A stretch of 64,000 nt of DNA, from NCBI GenBank assembly GCA_030704615.1, contig CM060732.1, positions 8,184,001 to 8,248,000 of the forward strand. Reading direction: 5' to 3'. Below are positions 36,506 through 50,000 of this stretch, in pieces; the first letter of the stretch is position 1, and the number at the start of each line of letters is the position of its first letter. Origin of the DNA: Takakia lepidozioides (taxonomy: Eukaryota > Plantae > Bryophyta). Both the position numbers and the translations under genes were made by a program. A model generated the notes under the pieces. The model searched no databases. It was not told where the DNA came from and was given only the letters and a program-made list of their open reading frames with translations.

Positions 36506-38995
36506 GTGACTGTAGTGGCGGATCCACTGGCTTCACGGAAACCGCACGATCATGTTTCCCAAGCTCTTGTGCAGGATAGGGCACAGCAGCACAGAAGGCT
36601 GTTATTATTGGAAGCACGGCCTTCGAAGAGGGAAGAGGAAATCAATTTGATACCACAGTCACCACAACCAATTGACTCAGTTGTTTTAGAGGTTCCACAA
36701 TTAGTACATGTTGTGACATCACCCCCAATTGCTCTAGAAGGTAAAAGGTTGGACATTCCCACTACAGAGCAGGTTGTGGCCGAAATTGAGAAGGGTGACC
36801 TTCTCTATGAAAACTCTGGCTTGGTAAGGGAATCAGTGGTTCCAGAGGTACAGCAATTGTCCAGGGAAAACCCTGTTGTGCATGTAATACCCACACCTGT
36901 GATGGAGGGTACCATGGTAAGAATATCAAGACACTGCAGCACCTGTGGAGGATGAGGTGGCGGAAGAGAATCTGGTGGGGCAATGGCCTGAATGGTTGGT
37001 GAGGCATCACACTGTGGAGGATCAGGGAGAACAGCAGCAAATTCACCACGCTGACCCTCAGCAGGCCATGCTTATGAGTTCCATAAGCAGAACACTTAAT
37101 TTGTTGGGCACTTATGTGAAATCCCATGTTCCATCTACCCAATTGGTAGCTTTGAAGGAGGAACTCAGGAAGGAGTTTGAGGCTCGAATTGTCACTGAGT
37201 GTGCTAACAAGGTCGATGAGGAGGTCAATCTCAAGTTACAGCAAGAGTTAGAGGACACAAAGGTTGCTTTGCAGTAGGCCAAGGGACATTTGATTGAAGC
37301 AGGCCTCGCGCAGGACCAGTTGCATGAAGCACATAAACAACAGTTATACCAAATGCAGGTGAAGCATGAGGGCAAGTTGCAAGAAGTGAATGTACTACAT
37401 ACAGAGTTGCAGGCAGTACATGAGAAGATGACCATACAATGTGCTACACTCACAACTACTCTTGAGCAAACTGCATAGAGTTAATAGACAAGGGGAGAGA
37501 TGTATGAAGGCAGAAGCAGAGATAATAAAGCAAGCGAAACTCATTGTTGATATGAAGAATACAATCTGTCGCAATGAGAATACTTTCAAACAATACAGAC
37601 AGGTTGAGGCTGACTATGAGAGGTACATCCTAGAGTTGCAACAAACAGTCATGGTCAATAGAAATGAACTCTCTGTGGCTAACAAGGCTTGGAAGGAAGC
37701 CAATAATCTGGCTTGCTGCCTATGCGAGTCTGGTTGAACCTCATGCAAAGCGCATGGAGGCTTTACAGCAGCAGTTAGATGTGTACAGACTCACGGAGGA
37801 GAAGACTCTCAGGGGTGCCACACACGACTTGGTGGATAACCACCTTATGCAGGTCTGGTTAGCACAAGGGCCGGTGGAAGGCAAAGCACCACGGAAGCTC
37901 ACCCAGGGCGAGATGAATGAGTTCAGACTGCAGGTACAGAACATTGCCACAACTACTATAGACAGTGTCTATAGTAGGTAGGATAGGGAGCTACATGAGG
38001 ATGTAGAAGGCTGCAAACTCAGGTGGATGACCTGAGTTCAAATAGTGACAAGAGAGTCTTTGTACCTGAGGAGCAGCTGATGGCTACTTATTTACATGCC
38101 AGGACTCTAATTTTTCAGTCTTCTTCGCAAGGGGTGCAGGAGATGTCAGTGGTAGAAGGGCCAGTGGTACCAATACCACAGCAAGTGACTGTGAAAATAG
38201 CTGACCATATTGTTACTACAGCCACACCACAGCCTCAGGTATGGGGGGATGCTGCTTTTAACCCACCTAAGACTCCTGCTGCACGGGAGTACAGTCGGGC
38301 TATGATTATGCCCTTCAACCAAATTCCCATTGTGTTGGATTTGGCTTGGAAGGAATTTAGTCCTCCGCAATCGTTGGCACATTACTACCAGATCATGCGC
38401 ATTTGGATGCCAGTGGCAACTAGGACTAAGGTTCTTCCGAACAGTCGACCCATTGAGGATCATCACTTTGCAAAGTACTGGTCTGAAGTAGGTACCATGT
38501 TGAAGGAATTAATTGCCTTCCAAGTTGTACATGGGTACATTTATACCAAGACCAAGGAGGTATCAAGTATTGTCATGGGCTGTGGATTATACTATGCTGC
38601 TTGTTTTCTGGCACGTTATCACATTGAGCAGCAGAGGATGCAATCCCGATTTCTGAGTTATTCCAGTGGGGATCATTGGGTCTTACCTTCAGTGTCACCT
38701 CATATGTACCTATATGATACAACAGTTATGATACAGAAGGATTCCCAACTTCGTTCATGGTTTCATTCGGCTTGGAACAATTTGACAACACAGAAATTCA
38801 ACCCTGAGGATATTTTCTTTAAGGGACATGAGGCATGGAAATACTTACACTGTTCCAAAGTCATTGACACACCTCTTATCTATACAGATAAGAAGTTGAG
38901 GACGTTCACTAATTTTGCTTGCCAGCGCTTACAGCAAGTTGTACAATTTAAACTTCCAGATATGGTCGGACCACATTGTATGCCACACAGAACTC
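36506..38995 (+). pseudogene. Long interrupted extra ORF downstream of integrase (Glu/Val/Pro-rich, coiled-coil-like, then unknown globular domain)
   Basis: Consecutive same-strand ORF pieces 36506-36955, 36945-37277, 37290-37478, 37441-37737, 37664-37981, 38023-39066 with protein-like composition; no family recognised. Confidence 0.55.
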
Positions 38996-40521
38996 TACTT
39001 AAGTTCGGCCGTTACGTTCGACAGTACCACCTGAGCTGTGGCCATGGCAGCAAGCTTTTGCTCTAGCTGCTGAGAAGCCGGTTGGCCATGCCTGGTCAAC
39101 GCCCTGACCTCCACGTCCTTGGCCATACTGTGCTTGCCCTCGTCCTGCACCTCATGCCTGACCACCTCGTCCTCTCTGAGGTGCTCCACCTTGCCCTCGG
39201 CCACCATTGTTCCCTTGGGACTGGTTTCGCCGCAACTCAGGGTGCAAGTCATAACACTGGGCATCTCCATGTCCATACTTGCCATAATGCCCACACTGCA
39301 ACTGTGCAGGCTGTGCTTGTGCCGGCCCTTTGCCACTCTCTGGGCAATTTTTCTTGACATGGGGTTCTCCACATGTTCAACATACCACCCCTGGTTGCTG
39401 TTGGCCTGCCAAAAGAAGCTACTGGCCTCTACACCTGAGGTCCCCTGTAAGCTCCATGGGAATTTGGGTTGGCAAACCTTGCCCCCCTGACCACGCTGTT
39501 GGGCAGTCCCTTGTGCATGTTGGCTGGCAGCTGCGCCTCGTGCAGGCATGGCCTTGCCAAATCCAATGGTAAAAACTCGCTCCTCCACCATGTTGAGCTC
39601 AATCCGCTCAGCCAGTAGAAACACATCTGCTAATGTGGGTTGGACCGCTTGTAACAGGGTTGCATCCCGCACCCTTCTCCTGAACTCCTTGTCCAAAATT
39701 CCATACCAGGACTGGACTGCCTGAGCTTCAGTAACCCCTTGGATCACACTTATCAAGCGTCTCATACGAGTGTAGGCCTCTCGCAAACTCTCACTGGATT
39801 TGCACTGGAAGTCTTGCAAACTTCGTAGCTTCTCTGTGCGTACGCCTTGGTAGTTCCTCCGCAACTCCTGAAGAACTCCACACCGGGCTGAATCTGCACA
39901 TGTGTTGTAGTTGTGGCAGGAGGAGTAGTAGGCACCTTCTGCAGAAGTACCGGCAACTACTTGTTCCACTACTAGTGTTGGCAGTGGGAGATATTGGTAC
40001 TAATGCAGCTACTGGTCGCTTCGTGCCTCGAGTAATAGAGACGTAGTCGGGTGACCAATACATCCTCCACTCCTCAATCTCTGTTTCATGTCCTCGCCTA
40101 AACTCGTGGTAATCGTCCATAGGCGGGCCTTCCAAATGTTGGAACAGTCCCTTCCACGCCATGAATGGGGTGAACAGCTGTGGATTGCGCATCTGCTGCA
40201 AATCACACCAACTGTTGAACTCCTGGATAAAGTCATCCAGCTCGATTGTCCCACAGCTCCAGAGTACCTACGAGGCCCCTTGGTAGCTCCATACATCTCC
40301 TCCATGTCGTCCCACAACAATGGCGAAGGAAATTTGCACACCTGTTGATGAGCCTCCGAGTCTGTGTCAGACTCTGCACTAGTTGAGGGTGGAGGTGAAG
40401 ATGGTCTAAACCGAACACCTCGTCTTGTGAACCCACTCTCACTGCTATTGCCTGTAGCCGTACTCCCCTCAAACCCCTTGGGTAACTCCGTGATGACACT
40501 CACAACCCGCACCTCCCCCAC
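38995..40521 (-). mobile_element. LTR retrotransposon gag-like ORF (frameshifted, 3'-truncated)
   Basis: LRRNYQGVRTEKLRSLQDFQCKSSESLREAYTRMRRL (gag MHR-like); degenerate zinc knuckle CGHYGKYGHGDAQC in a shifted frame near 39270. Confidence 0.7.
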
Positions 40522-41038
40522 GTGATACTATAAGGCTCTAGTACGAATTCTAATAGTGACACGGGTGAGCACCTGTTGCGGATTAAGGGTCATATCCCAG
40601 TGGCTAAGGGCACCTGCACCTGCATCCACCACAAGAACTCCTATGGTTGGATGGTCATCAACCCAGCCTCACCATAGAATAAACACTGGTGGTCTTGCTG
40701 GTCATCACTCCAGTCTCACCACCGACAACATACTCTAGGATTGACCGGTGATCAAATCCGGCCTAATCCCTATGAAAGCAAGCGCCCACACAAAACCAAC
40801 ATGGCGCACAATCAAGCATGCAGGTGTGGGGGGGATCCAAACACAAGAAACCAAAACATCAACACCCCCACACCAAAATCCCTCCGTAGTGCTGCTCCTG
40901 CAGAATACCCTAGCCCAAAAACCCCGGACTAATTGGCCTCCACCAAGAGAGGCTTTGGCAGCTACAAGTACAAAGTAATGAAAATAGTAAAGAGATGGAG
41001 GGGAAGAATAGAGGTCCGACCAAGCAAGATCTAATTCT

Positions 41039-44000
41039 GATCTATGCTATCAACTGCCAGACTTCTCTCAAAGTGCCTCGCTCTGCATGATGGTAAGGTG
41101 TGGGAGGTATATCTATATCCAGAAACCTGCCAGTAACCTTATCCCAAGCTACAGTAGCTTGCTCTAATGAACCCTCCTCCTCTCTCTGCCAGGTAGAGAC
41201 AAAACAATACTCCCCTATCTCCCGCCTCACTGAATACTAAAGAAAATAAGGTAGGGTCTGACAATCTTTCAACTCGAAAGCTTTGAGACGGTTGCGGGTG
41301 TCCTCGATGCGAATGACTGCATCTCCTTCAAGCAAAACAAACTGTTCGTTGTTAATGAACCCCCGTTCGTGGTTGCCTCGTGCAGAGCGTGTCCGGCTGC
41401 AACCACGTCTGATTGTAAAAACTTGTGCAGCTCCTGCTCCTCTGCTTCAGTACACCACGGCCTTGTGGCTGAACACCTTGGTCCCCGGGTTGTCTTTGGC
41501 TGTGTTCCAAGCCTAGCTTCCACCCACTTTGGTATTTCACCTACAGCTGCAGAACTGCTTGCTCCAACAGAGTTCTGATTGTCCAAAGCAATATTGAGGC
41601 CCTCAAGCCAACTACAACAGTTTGTGCTGTCTATTGCTAATGCCTGACTCCCAGTATGCAATCAACTTGTCCAACTGTTCTCACTCAAATCAGTCTGAGT
41701 TCCTTGAGAAACATAAATCTTGTCTCATTGTGTGCACAGGCTAAGAGAAGAGACCTGCCCTTCAATTACGTCCTCATTGCCCCCAGCCATACAAGGAGGA
41801 CATCCACAGACTTGTCTCTCATGTAGACCACAACAGGTTCTAGAAATAGAATTGTGGATCTTTCATAGCACACTCACACTCACACTCAAGACCTGCAAAC
41901 ACTCAAGATCCGTCATGTTCATCTTGCCACAGGACTGATCACTCAGTCATTCCATCATTGAAGTGCGCATTGCCCATTTTTGTGTGCCATTTGTCTCTTC
42001 ACATTTAACCAAACGACTCTGTGGAGTATATAGCCCAGTGTCCTCGAACTCGACAGCAACTGCCTCGTCTCGTCGTTCAAGGAATCCGTCAAACAAATCG
42101 CCGGTCCTCTTCGTGATCTTCTTGTCAAGCAAACTAAACTGGTCCATATAGCATCATTCGATTTCAAAACCATCATATGTTGTTTCCTAGCACTGGTGAG
42201 GCCGCTGCTGCAGCACTAGCCAGGCCTGTCACGACGTTCCAACCGACAACCATACTAGAAACAAATTGCACCACTACAGCCTGCTGTGCCGTGCCTAGCG
42301 AGGGCCGCGCCATTAATAGCCTCCTTATGTGTGGCCTACTAGAGTACTGTGAAAGCTTCATACAACAAAACTCGGTCTTAAATGTTCATGGCTGCACAGG
42401 GTCTAAGAGTCCGACCAAGCATCTTGTAGCTCGTGTATTCCTCTGCTCTGGCTACCCTGCAGGCTCCACGACTATATTATGTGGCTGCTTCAACGCCGCA
42501 CAACCCCTCTTTGTGCCTGCACTGTCTCACCAGGTTGCAGCAACCGCTAGCCCTGTTTCAAGACTTCATCGCCCAATAACTACGGGCTGATCACCAGACT
42601 CTTTTTCTTGTGCACATAAACATGCTAGGCTTCAGATTCTGACAACATTTATGACACAAGCAACACTCCACCAGCTTTTTCACGGTCCACTTTGAACAAG
42701 CTGCTTTGCTCTTTCACCAACTTGCAAGCAACAACCTGCCGAGTTGTTTGTCCGCACAACTGCTATCTCTCGGCTTTGTATATCTTACGTAGAGCCTACG
42801 AGGCTGTCCCAAGCCTCCATCCTCTTATTTGGCATCTTGTGTTGTGCCTCCATGCACGCCATCGTACCATACCGCAGACAAAACAGCATCAATGACTTCT
42901 ACCTTAACCACTCATTAGGAGTTGTGCTTTCCCCTACTTCAAATACCATCGACATAGTGCTAACATAAAAGAACTCTATCTAGCTTAGCACTACAAAAAT
43001 CTAGACAGAGCATCTCTCTCGAGTGAAATGAAAACTAAACTCACATTGGCTGTTGACACAAAACACGAAATACAATATAATCACTCGTTAAAATAAGAGT
43101 CAAGCCAAGGGCACCCCAAGCTATGGGGACTCCACCCCACAACATCCTACCCTCTCCTCCATAAGTACACTCAGATGCTAAAGCAGACGACGAGGAGCTC
43201 GATCGTGCAGGCTCAAACTCGAGAAAGATGAGCCGCACGACTGACGAGCTCGTAAAAGATATAAAGATGGTTCAGGTGTCAAGCTAAACTTGACACCTGA
43301 CTTAATACTTGAACTAATTCCAGTGTTAAATACAAATAACTAGATTTATGCTATCAACTGCCAGACTTCTCTCAAAGTGCCTCGCTCTGCATGATGGTAA
43401 GGTGTGGGAGGTATATCTATATCCAGAAACCTGCCAGTAACCTTATCCCAAGCTACAGTAGCTTGCTCTAATGAACCCTCCTCCTCTCTCTGCCAGGGTA
43501 GAGACAAAACAATACTCCCTATCTCCCGCTCACTGAATACTAAAGAAAATAAAGGTAGGGTCTGACAATCTTTTTCAACATCGAAAGCTTTGAGACGGTT
43601 GCGGGTGTCCTCGATGCGAATGACTGCATCTCCTTCAAGCAAAACAAACTGTTCGTTGTTAATGAACCCCGTTCGTGGTTGCCTCGTGCAGAGCGTGTCC
43701 GGCTGCAACCACGTCTGATTGTAAAAACTTGTGCAGCTCCTGCTCCTCTGCTCCAGTACACCACGGCCTTGTGGCTGAACACCTTGGTCCCCGGGGTTGT
43801 CTTTGGCTGTGTTCCAAGCCTAGCTTCCACCCACTTTGGTATTTCACCTACAGCTGCAGAACTGCTTGCTCCAACAGAGTTCTGATTGTCCAAAGCAATA
43901 TTGAGGCCCTCACACCGCCAACTACAACAGTTTGCTGTCTATTGCTAATGCCTGACTCCCAGTATGCAATCAACTTGTCCAACTGTTCTCCTTCTGTGAG

Positions 44001-47000
44001 TATATAGCCCCGTGTCCTCCTGACTGACTCGACAGAACTGCCTCGTCTCGTGTGCAAGGAATACGTCAAACAAATCGCGGTCCTCTTCGTGATGTCTTGT
44101 CAAAGCAAAACTAAAACTGAGTCCATTATAGCATCATTCGATTTCAAAACCATCATATGTTGTTTCCTAGCACTGTGAGGCCGCTGATGCACTCGCCCGC
44201 CTTGTCACGACGTTCCAACCGACAACCATTACTAAGAAACAAATTGAACAAATAAAGCGGCTGTGTGCCGTGCCTAGCGAGGGCCGCGCCATTAATAGCC
44301 TCCTTATGTGTGGCCCCTACTAGAGTTCTGTGAGTATATAGCCCCGTGTCCTCCTGACTGACTCGACAGAACTGCCTCGTCTCGTGTGCAAGGAATACGT
44401 CAAACAAATCGCGGTCCTCTTCGTGATGTCTTGTCAAAGCAAAACTAAAACTGAGTCCATTATAGCATCATTCGATTTCAAAACCATCATATGTTGTTTC
44501 CTAGCACTGTGAGGCCGCTGATGCACTCGCCCGCCTTGTCACGACGTTCCAACCGACAACCATTACTAAGAAACAAATTGAACAAATAAAGCGGCTGTGT
44601 GCCGTGCCTAGCGAGGGCCGCGCCATTAATAGCCTCCTTATGTGTGGCCCCTACTAGAGTACGTGAAAGTTCATTACAACAAAACTCGGTCTAAATGTTC
44701 ATGGCTGCACAGGGTCTAAGAGTCCGACCAAGCATCTTGTAGCTCGTGTATTCCTCTGCTCTGGTACCCCCCTGCAGGCTCCACGACTATATTATGTGGC
44801 TGCTCACGCCGCAAAGCCCTCTTTGTGCCTGCACTGTCTCACCAGGTTGCAGCAACCGCTAGCCCCTGTTTCAAGACTTCATCGCCCAATAACTACGGGC
44901 TGATCACCAGACTCTTTTTCTTGTGCACATAAACATGCTAGGCTTCAGATTCTGACAACATTTATGACACAAGCAACAAAACTCCACCAGCTTTTTCACG
45001 GTCCACTTTGAACAAGCTGCTTTGCTCTTCACCAAACTTGACAAGCAAACAACCTGCCGAGGTGTTGTCCGCACAACTGCTACTCCGGCTTTGTATATCT
45101 TACGTAGAGCCTACGAGGCTGTCAAAGCCTCCATCCTCTTATTTGGCATCTTGTGTTGTGCCTCCCATGCACGCCATCGTACCATACCGCAGACAAAACC
45201 AGCATCAATGACTTCTACCTTAACCACTCATTAGGAGTTGTGCTTTCCCTACTTCAAATACCATCGACATAGTGCTAACATAAAAGAACTCTATCTAGCT
45301 TAGCACTACCAAAATCTAGACAGAGCATCTCTCTCGAGTGAAATGAAAACTAAACTCACATTGGCTGTTGACACAAAACACGAAATACAATATAATCACT
45401 CGTTAAAATAAGAGTCAAGCCAAGGGCACCCAAGCTATGGGGACTCCACCCCACAAATCCTACTCTCCCTCCATAAGTACACTCAGATGCTAAGCAACGA
45501 GGGAGCTCGATCGTGCAGGCTCAACTCGAGAAAGATGAGCGCACGACTGACGAGCTCGTAAAGATAAGATGGTTCAGGTGTCAAGCTAAACTTGACACCT
45601 GACTTAATACTGAACTAATTCCAAAGTGTTAAATACAAATAACTAGATTTATGACTATCAACTGCCAGACTTCTCTCAAAGTGCCTCGCTCTGCATGATG
45701 GGAAGGTGTAAGGTTGGGGAGGTATATCTATATCCAGAAACCTGCCAGTAACCTTATCCAAGCTACAGTAGCTTGCTCTAATGAACCCTCCTCCTCTCTC
45801 TGCCAGGTAGAGACAAAACAATACTCCCCTATCTCCCGCTCACTGAATACTAAGGAAATAAAGGTAGGGTCTGACAATTTTCAACTCGAAAGCTTTGAGA
45901 CGGTTGCGGGTGTCCTCGATGCGAATGACTGCATCTCCTTCAAGCAAAACAAACTGTTCGTTGTTAATGAACCCCCGTTCGTGGTTGCCTCGTGCAGAGC
46001 GTGTCCGGCTGCAACCACGTCTGATTGTAAAAAACTTGTGCAGCTCCTGCTCCTCTGCTCCAGTACACCACGGCCTTGTGGCTGAACACCTTGGTCCCCG
46101 GGGTGTCTTTGGCTGTGTTCCAAGCCTAGCTTCCACCCACTTTGGTATTTCACCTACAGCTGCAGAACTGCTTGCTCCAACAGAGTTCTGATTGTCCAAA
46201 GCAATATTGAGGCCCTCAACGCCAACTACAACAGTTTGCTGTCTATTGCTAATGCCTGACTCCCAGTATGCAATCAACTTGTCCAACTGTTCTCCACTCA
46301 AATCAGTCTGAGTTCCTTGAGAAACATAAATCTTGTCTCATTGTGTGCACAGGCTAAGAGAAGAGACCTGCCCTTCAATTACGTCCTCATTGCCCCCAGC
46401 CATACAAGGAGGACATCCACAGACTTGTCTCTCATGTAGACCACAACAGGTTCTAGAAATAGAATTGTGGATCTTTCATAGCACACTCACACTCACACTC
46501 AAGACCTGCAAACACTCAAGATCCGTCATAGTTCAAGATCTTGCCAAACATCACTCATCCGTCATGTCATTCCATCATTGGTGCATTGCCCATTTTTGTG
46601 TGCCATTTGTCCTGTCACATTTAACCAAACGACTCTGTGGAGTATATAGCCCAGTGTCCTCGAACTCGACAGCAACTGCCTCGTCTCGTCGTTCAAGGAA
46701 TCCGTCAAACAAATCGCCGGTCCTTCTTGTCAAGCAAACTAAACTGGTCATATAGCATCATTCGATTTCAAAACCATCATATGTTGTTTCCTAGCACTGG
46801 TGAGGCCGCTGCTGCACTAGCCAGGCCTGTCACGACGTTCCAACCGACAACCATACTAGAAACAAATGCACACTACAGCCTGCTGTGCCGTGCCTAGCGA
46901 GGGCCGCGCCATTAATAGCCTCCTTATGTGTGGCCTACTAGAGTACTGTGAAAGCTTCATACAACAAAACTCGGTCTTAAATGTTCATGGCTGCACAGGG

Positions 47001-50000
47001 TCTAAGAGTCCGACCAAGCATCTTTTAGCTCGTGTATTCCTCTGCTCTGGCTACCCTGCAGGCTCCACGACTATATTATGTGGCTGCTTCAACGCCGCAC
47101 AGCCCTCTTTGTGCCTGCACTGTCTCACCAGGTTGCAGCAACCGCTAGCCCCTGTTTCAAGACTTCATCGCCCAATAACTACGGGCTGATCACCAGACTC
47201 TTTTTTCTTGTGCACATAAACATGCTAGGCTTCAGATTCTGACAACATTTATGACACAAGCAACACTCCACCAGCTTTTTCACGGTCCACTTTGAACAAG
47301 CTGCTTTGCTCTTTCACAACTTGCAAGCAACAACCTGCCGAGTTGTTTGTCCGCACAACTGCTACTCCGGCTTTGTATATCTTACGTAGAGCCTACGAGG
47401 CTGTCCAAGCCTCCATCCTCTTATTTGGCATCTTGTGTTGTGCCTCCCATGCACGCCATCGTACCATACCGCAGACAAACCAGCATCAATGACTTCTACC
47501 TTAACCACTCATTAGGAGTTGTGCTTTCCCTACTTCAAATACCATCGACATAGTGCTAACATAAAAGAACTCTATCTAGCTTAGCACTACAAAAATCTAG
47601 ACAGAGCATCTCTCTCGAGTGAAATGAAAACTAAACTCACATTGGCTGTTGACACAAAACACGAAATACAATATAATCACTCGTTAAAATAAGAGTCAAG
47701 CCAAGGGCACCCCAAGCTATGGGGACTCCACCCCACAACATCCTACTCTCCCTCCATAAGTACACTCAGATGCTAAGCAACGAGGGAGCTCGATCGTGCA
47801 GGCTCAACTCGAGAAAGATGAGCCGCACGACTGACGAGCTCGTAAAGATAAGATGGTTCAGGTGTCAAGCTAAACTTGACACCTGACTTAATACTTGAAC
47901 TAATTCCAAGTGTTAAATACAAATAACTAGATTTATGCTATCAACTGCCAGACTTCTCTCAAAGTGCCTCGCTCTGCATGATGGTAAGGTGTGGGAGGTA
48001 TATCTATATCCAGAAACCTGCCAGTAACCTTATCCCAAGCTACAGTAGCTTGCTCTAATGAACCCTCCTCCTCTCTCTGCCAGGTAGAGACAAAACAATA
48101 CTCCCCTATCTCCCGCTCACTGAATACTAAAGAAAATAAAGGTAGGGTCTGACAATCTTTCAACTCGAAAGCTTTGAGACGGTTGCGGGTGTCCTCGATG
48201 CGAATGACTGCATCTCCTTCAAGCAAAACAAACTGTTCGTTGTTAATGAACCCCCGTTCGTGGTTGCCTCGTGCAGAGCGTGTCCGGCTGCAACCACGTC
48301 TGATTGTAAAAACTTGTGCAGCTCCTGCTCCTCTGCTCCAGTACACCACGGCCTTGTGGCTGAACACCTTGGTCCCCGGGGTTGTCTTTGGCTGTGTTCC
48401 AAGCCTAGCTTCCACCCACTTTGGTATTTCACCTACAGCTGCAGAACTGCTTGCTCCAACAGAGTTCTGATTGTCCAAAGCAATATTGAGGCCCTCAACG
48501 CCAACTACAACAGTTTGCTGTCTATTGCTAATGCCTGACTCCCAGTATGCAATCAACTTGTCCAACTGTTCTCCACTCAAATCAGTCTGAGTTCCTTGAG
48601 AAACATAAATCTTGTCTCATTGTGTGCACAGGCTAAGAGAAGAGACCTGCCCTTCAATTACGTCCTCATTGCCCCCAGCCATACAAGGAGGACATCCACA
48701 GACTTGTCTCTCATGTAGACCACAACAGGTTCTAGAAATAGAATTGTGGATCTTTCATAGCACACTCACACTCACACTCAAGACCTGCAAACACTCAAGA
48801 TCCGTCATGTTCATCTTGCCACAGGACTGATCACTCAGTCATTCCATCATTGAAGTGCGCATTGCCCATTTTTGTGTGCCATTTGTCTCTTCACATTTAA
48901 CCAAACGACTCTGTGGAGTATATAGCCCAGTGTCCTCGAACTCGACAGCAACTGCCTCGTCTCGTCGTTCAAGGAATCCGTCAAACAAATCGCCGGTCCT
49001 CTTCGTGATCTTCTTGTCAAGCAAACTAAACTGGTCCATATAGCATCATTCGATTTCAAAACCATCATATGTTGTTTCCTAGCACTGGTGAGGCCGCTGC
49101 TGCACTAGCCAGGCCTGTCACGACGTTCCAACCGACAACCATACTAGAAACAAATTGCACCACTACAGCCTGCTGTGCCGTGCCTAGCGAGGGCCGCGCC
49201 ATTAATAGCCTCCTTATGTGTGGCCTACTAGAGTACTGTGAAAGCTTCATACAACAAAACTCGGTCTTAAATGTTCATGGCTGCACAGGGTCTAAGAGTC
49301 CGACCAAGCATCTTGTAGCTCGTGTATTCCTCTGCTCTGGCTACCCTGCAGGCTCCACGACTATATTATGTGGCTGCTTCAACGCCGCACAGCCCCTCTT
49401 TGTGCCTGCACTGTCTCACCAGGTTGCAGCAACCGCTAGCCCCTGTTTCAAGACTTCATCGCCCAATAACTACGGGCTGATCACCAGACTCTTTTTCTTG
49501 TGCACATAAACATGCTAGGCTTCAGATTCTGACAACATTTATGACACAAGCAACACTCCACCAGCTTTTTCACGGTCCACTTTGAACAAGCTGCTTTGCT
49601 CTTTCACCAACTTGCAAGCAACAACCTGCCGAGTTGTTTGTCCGCACAACTGCTACTCCGGCTTTGTATATCTTACGTAGAGCCTACGAGGCTGTCCAAG
49701 CCTCCATCCTCTTATTTGGCATCTTGTGTTGTGCCTCCCATGCACGCCATCGTACCATACCGCAGACAAAACCAGCATCAATGACTTCTACCTTAACCAC
49801 TCATTAGGAGTTGTGCTTTCCCTACTTCAAATACCATCGACATAGTGCTAACATAAAAGAACTCTATCTAGCTTAGCACTACAAAAATCTAGACAGAGCA
49901 TCTCTCTCGAGTGAAATGAAAACTAAACTCACATTGGCTGTTGACACAAAACACGAAATACAATATAATCACTCGTTAAAATAAGAGTCAAGCCAAGGGC

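Noticed and set aside
40930-40945. Primer-binding site TGGTGGAG (tRNA-Ala-like) upstream of the minus-strand gag
   Set aside because: Only ~8 nt match, it is not preceded by an LTR-terminal CA, and no LTR pair was found.
48174-49784. Plus-strand ORFs within array units (e.g. 146 aa MLFPSTGEAAA...)
   Set aside because: They are short, mostly lack ATG starts, and are best explained as antisense shadows of the minus-strand coding remnant.
49060-49845. In-frame stops in the array ORF repaired by U-to-C RNA editing
   Set aside because: Every stop codon is formally U-to-C repairable, the locus is nuclear, and frameshifts are also present; methylation-driven C-to-T decay is simpler.
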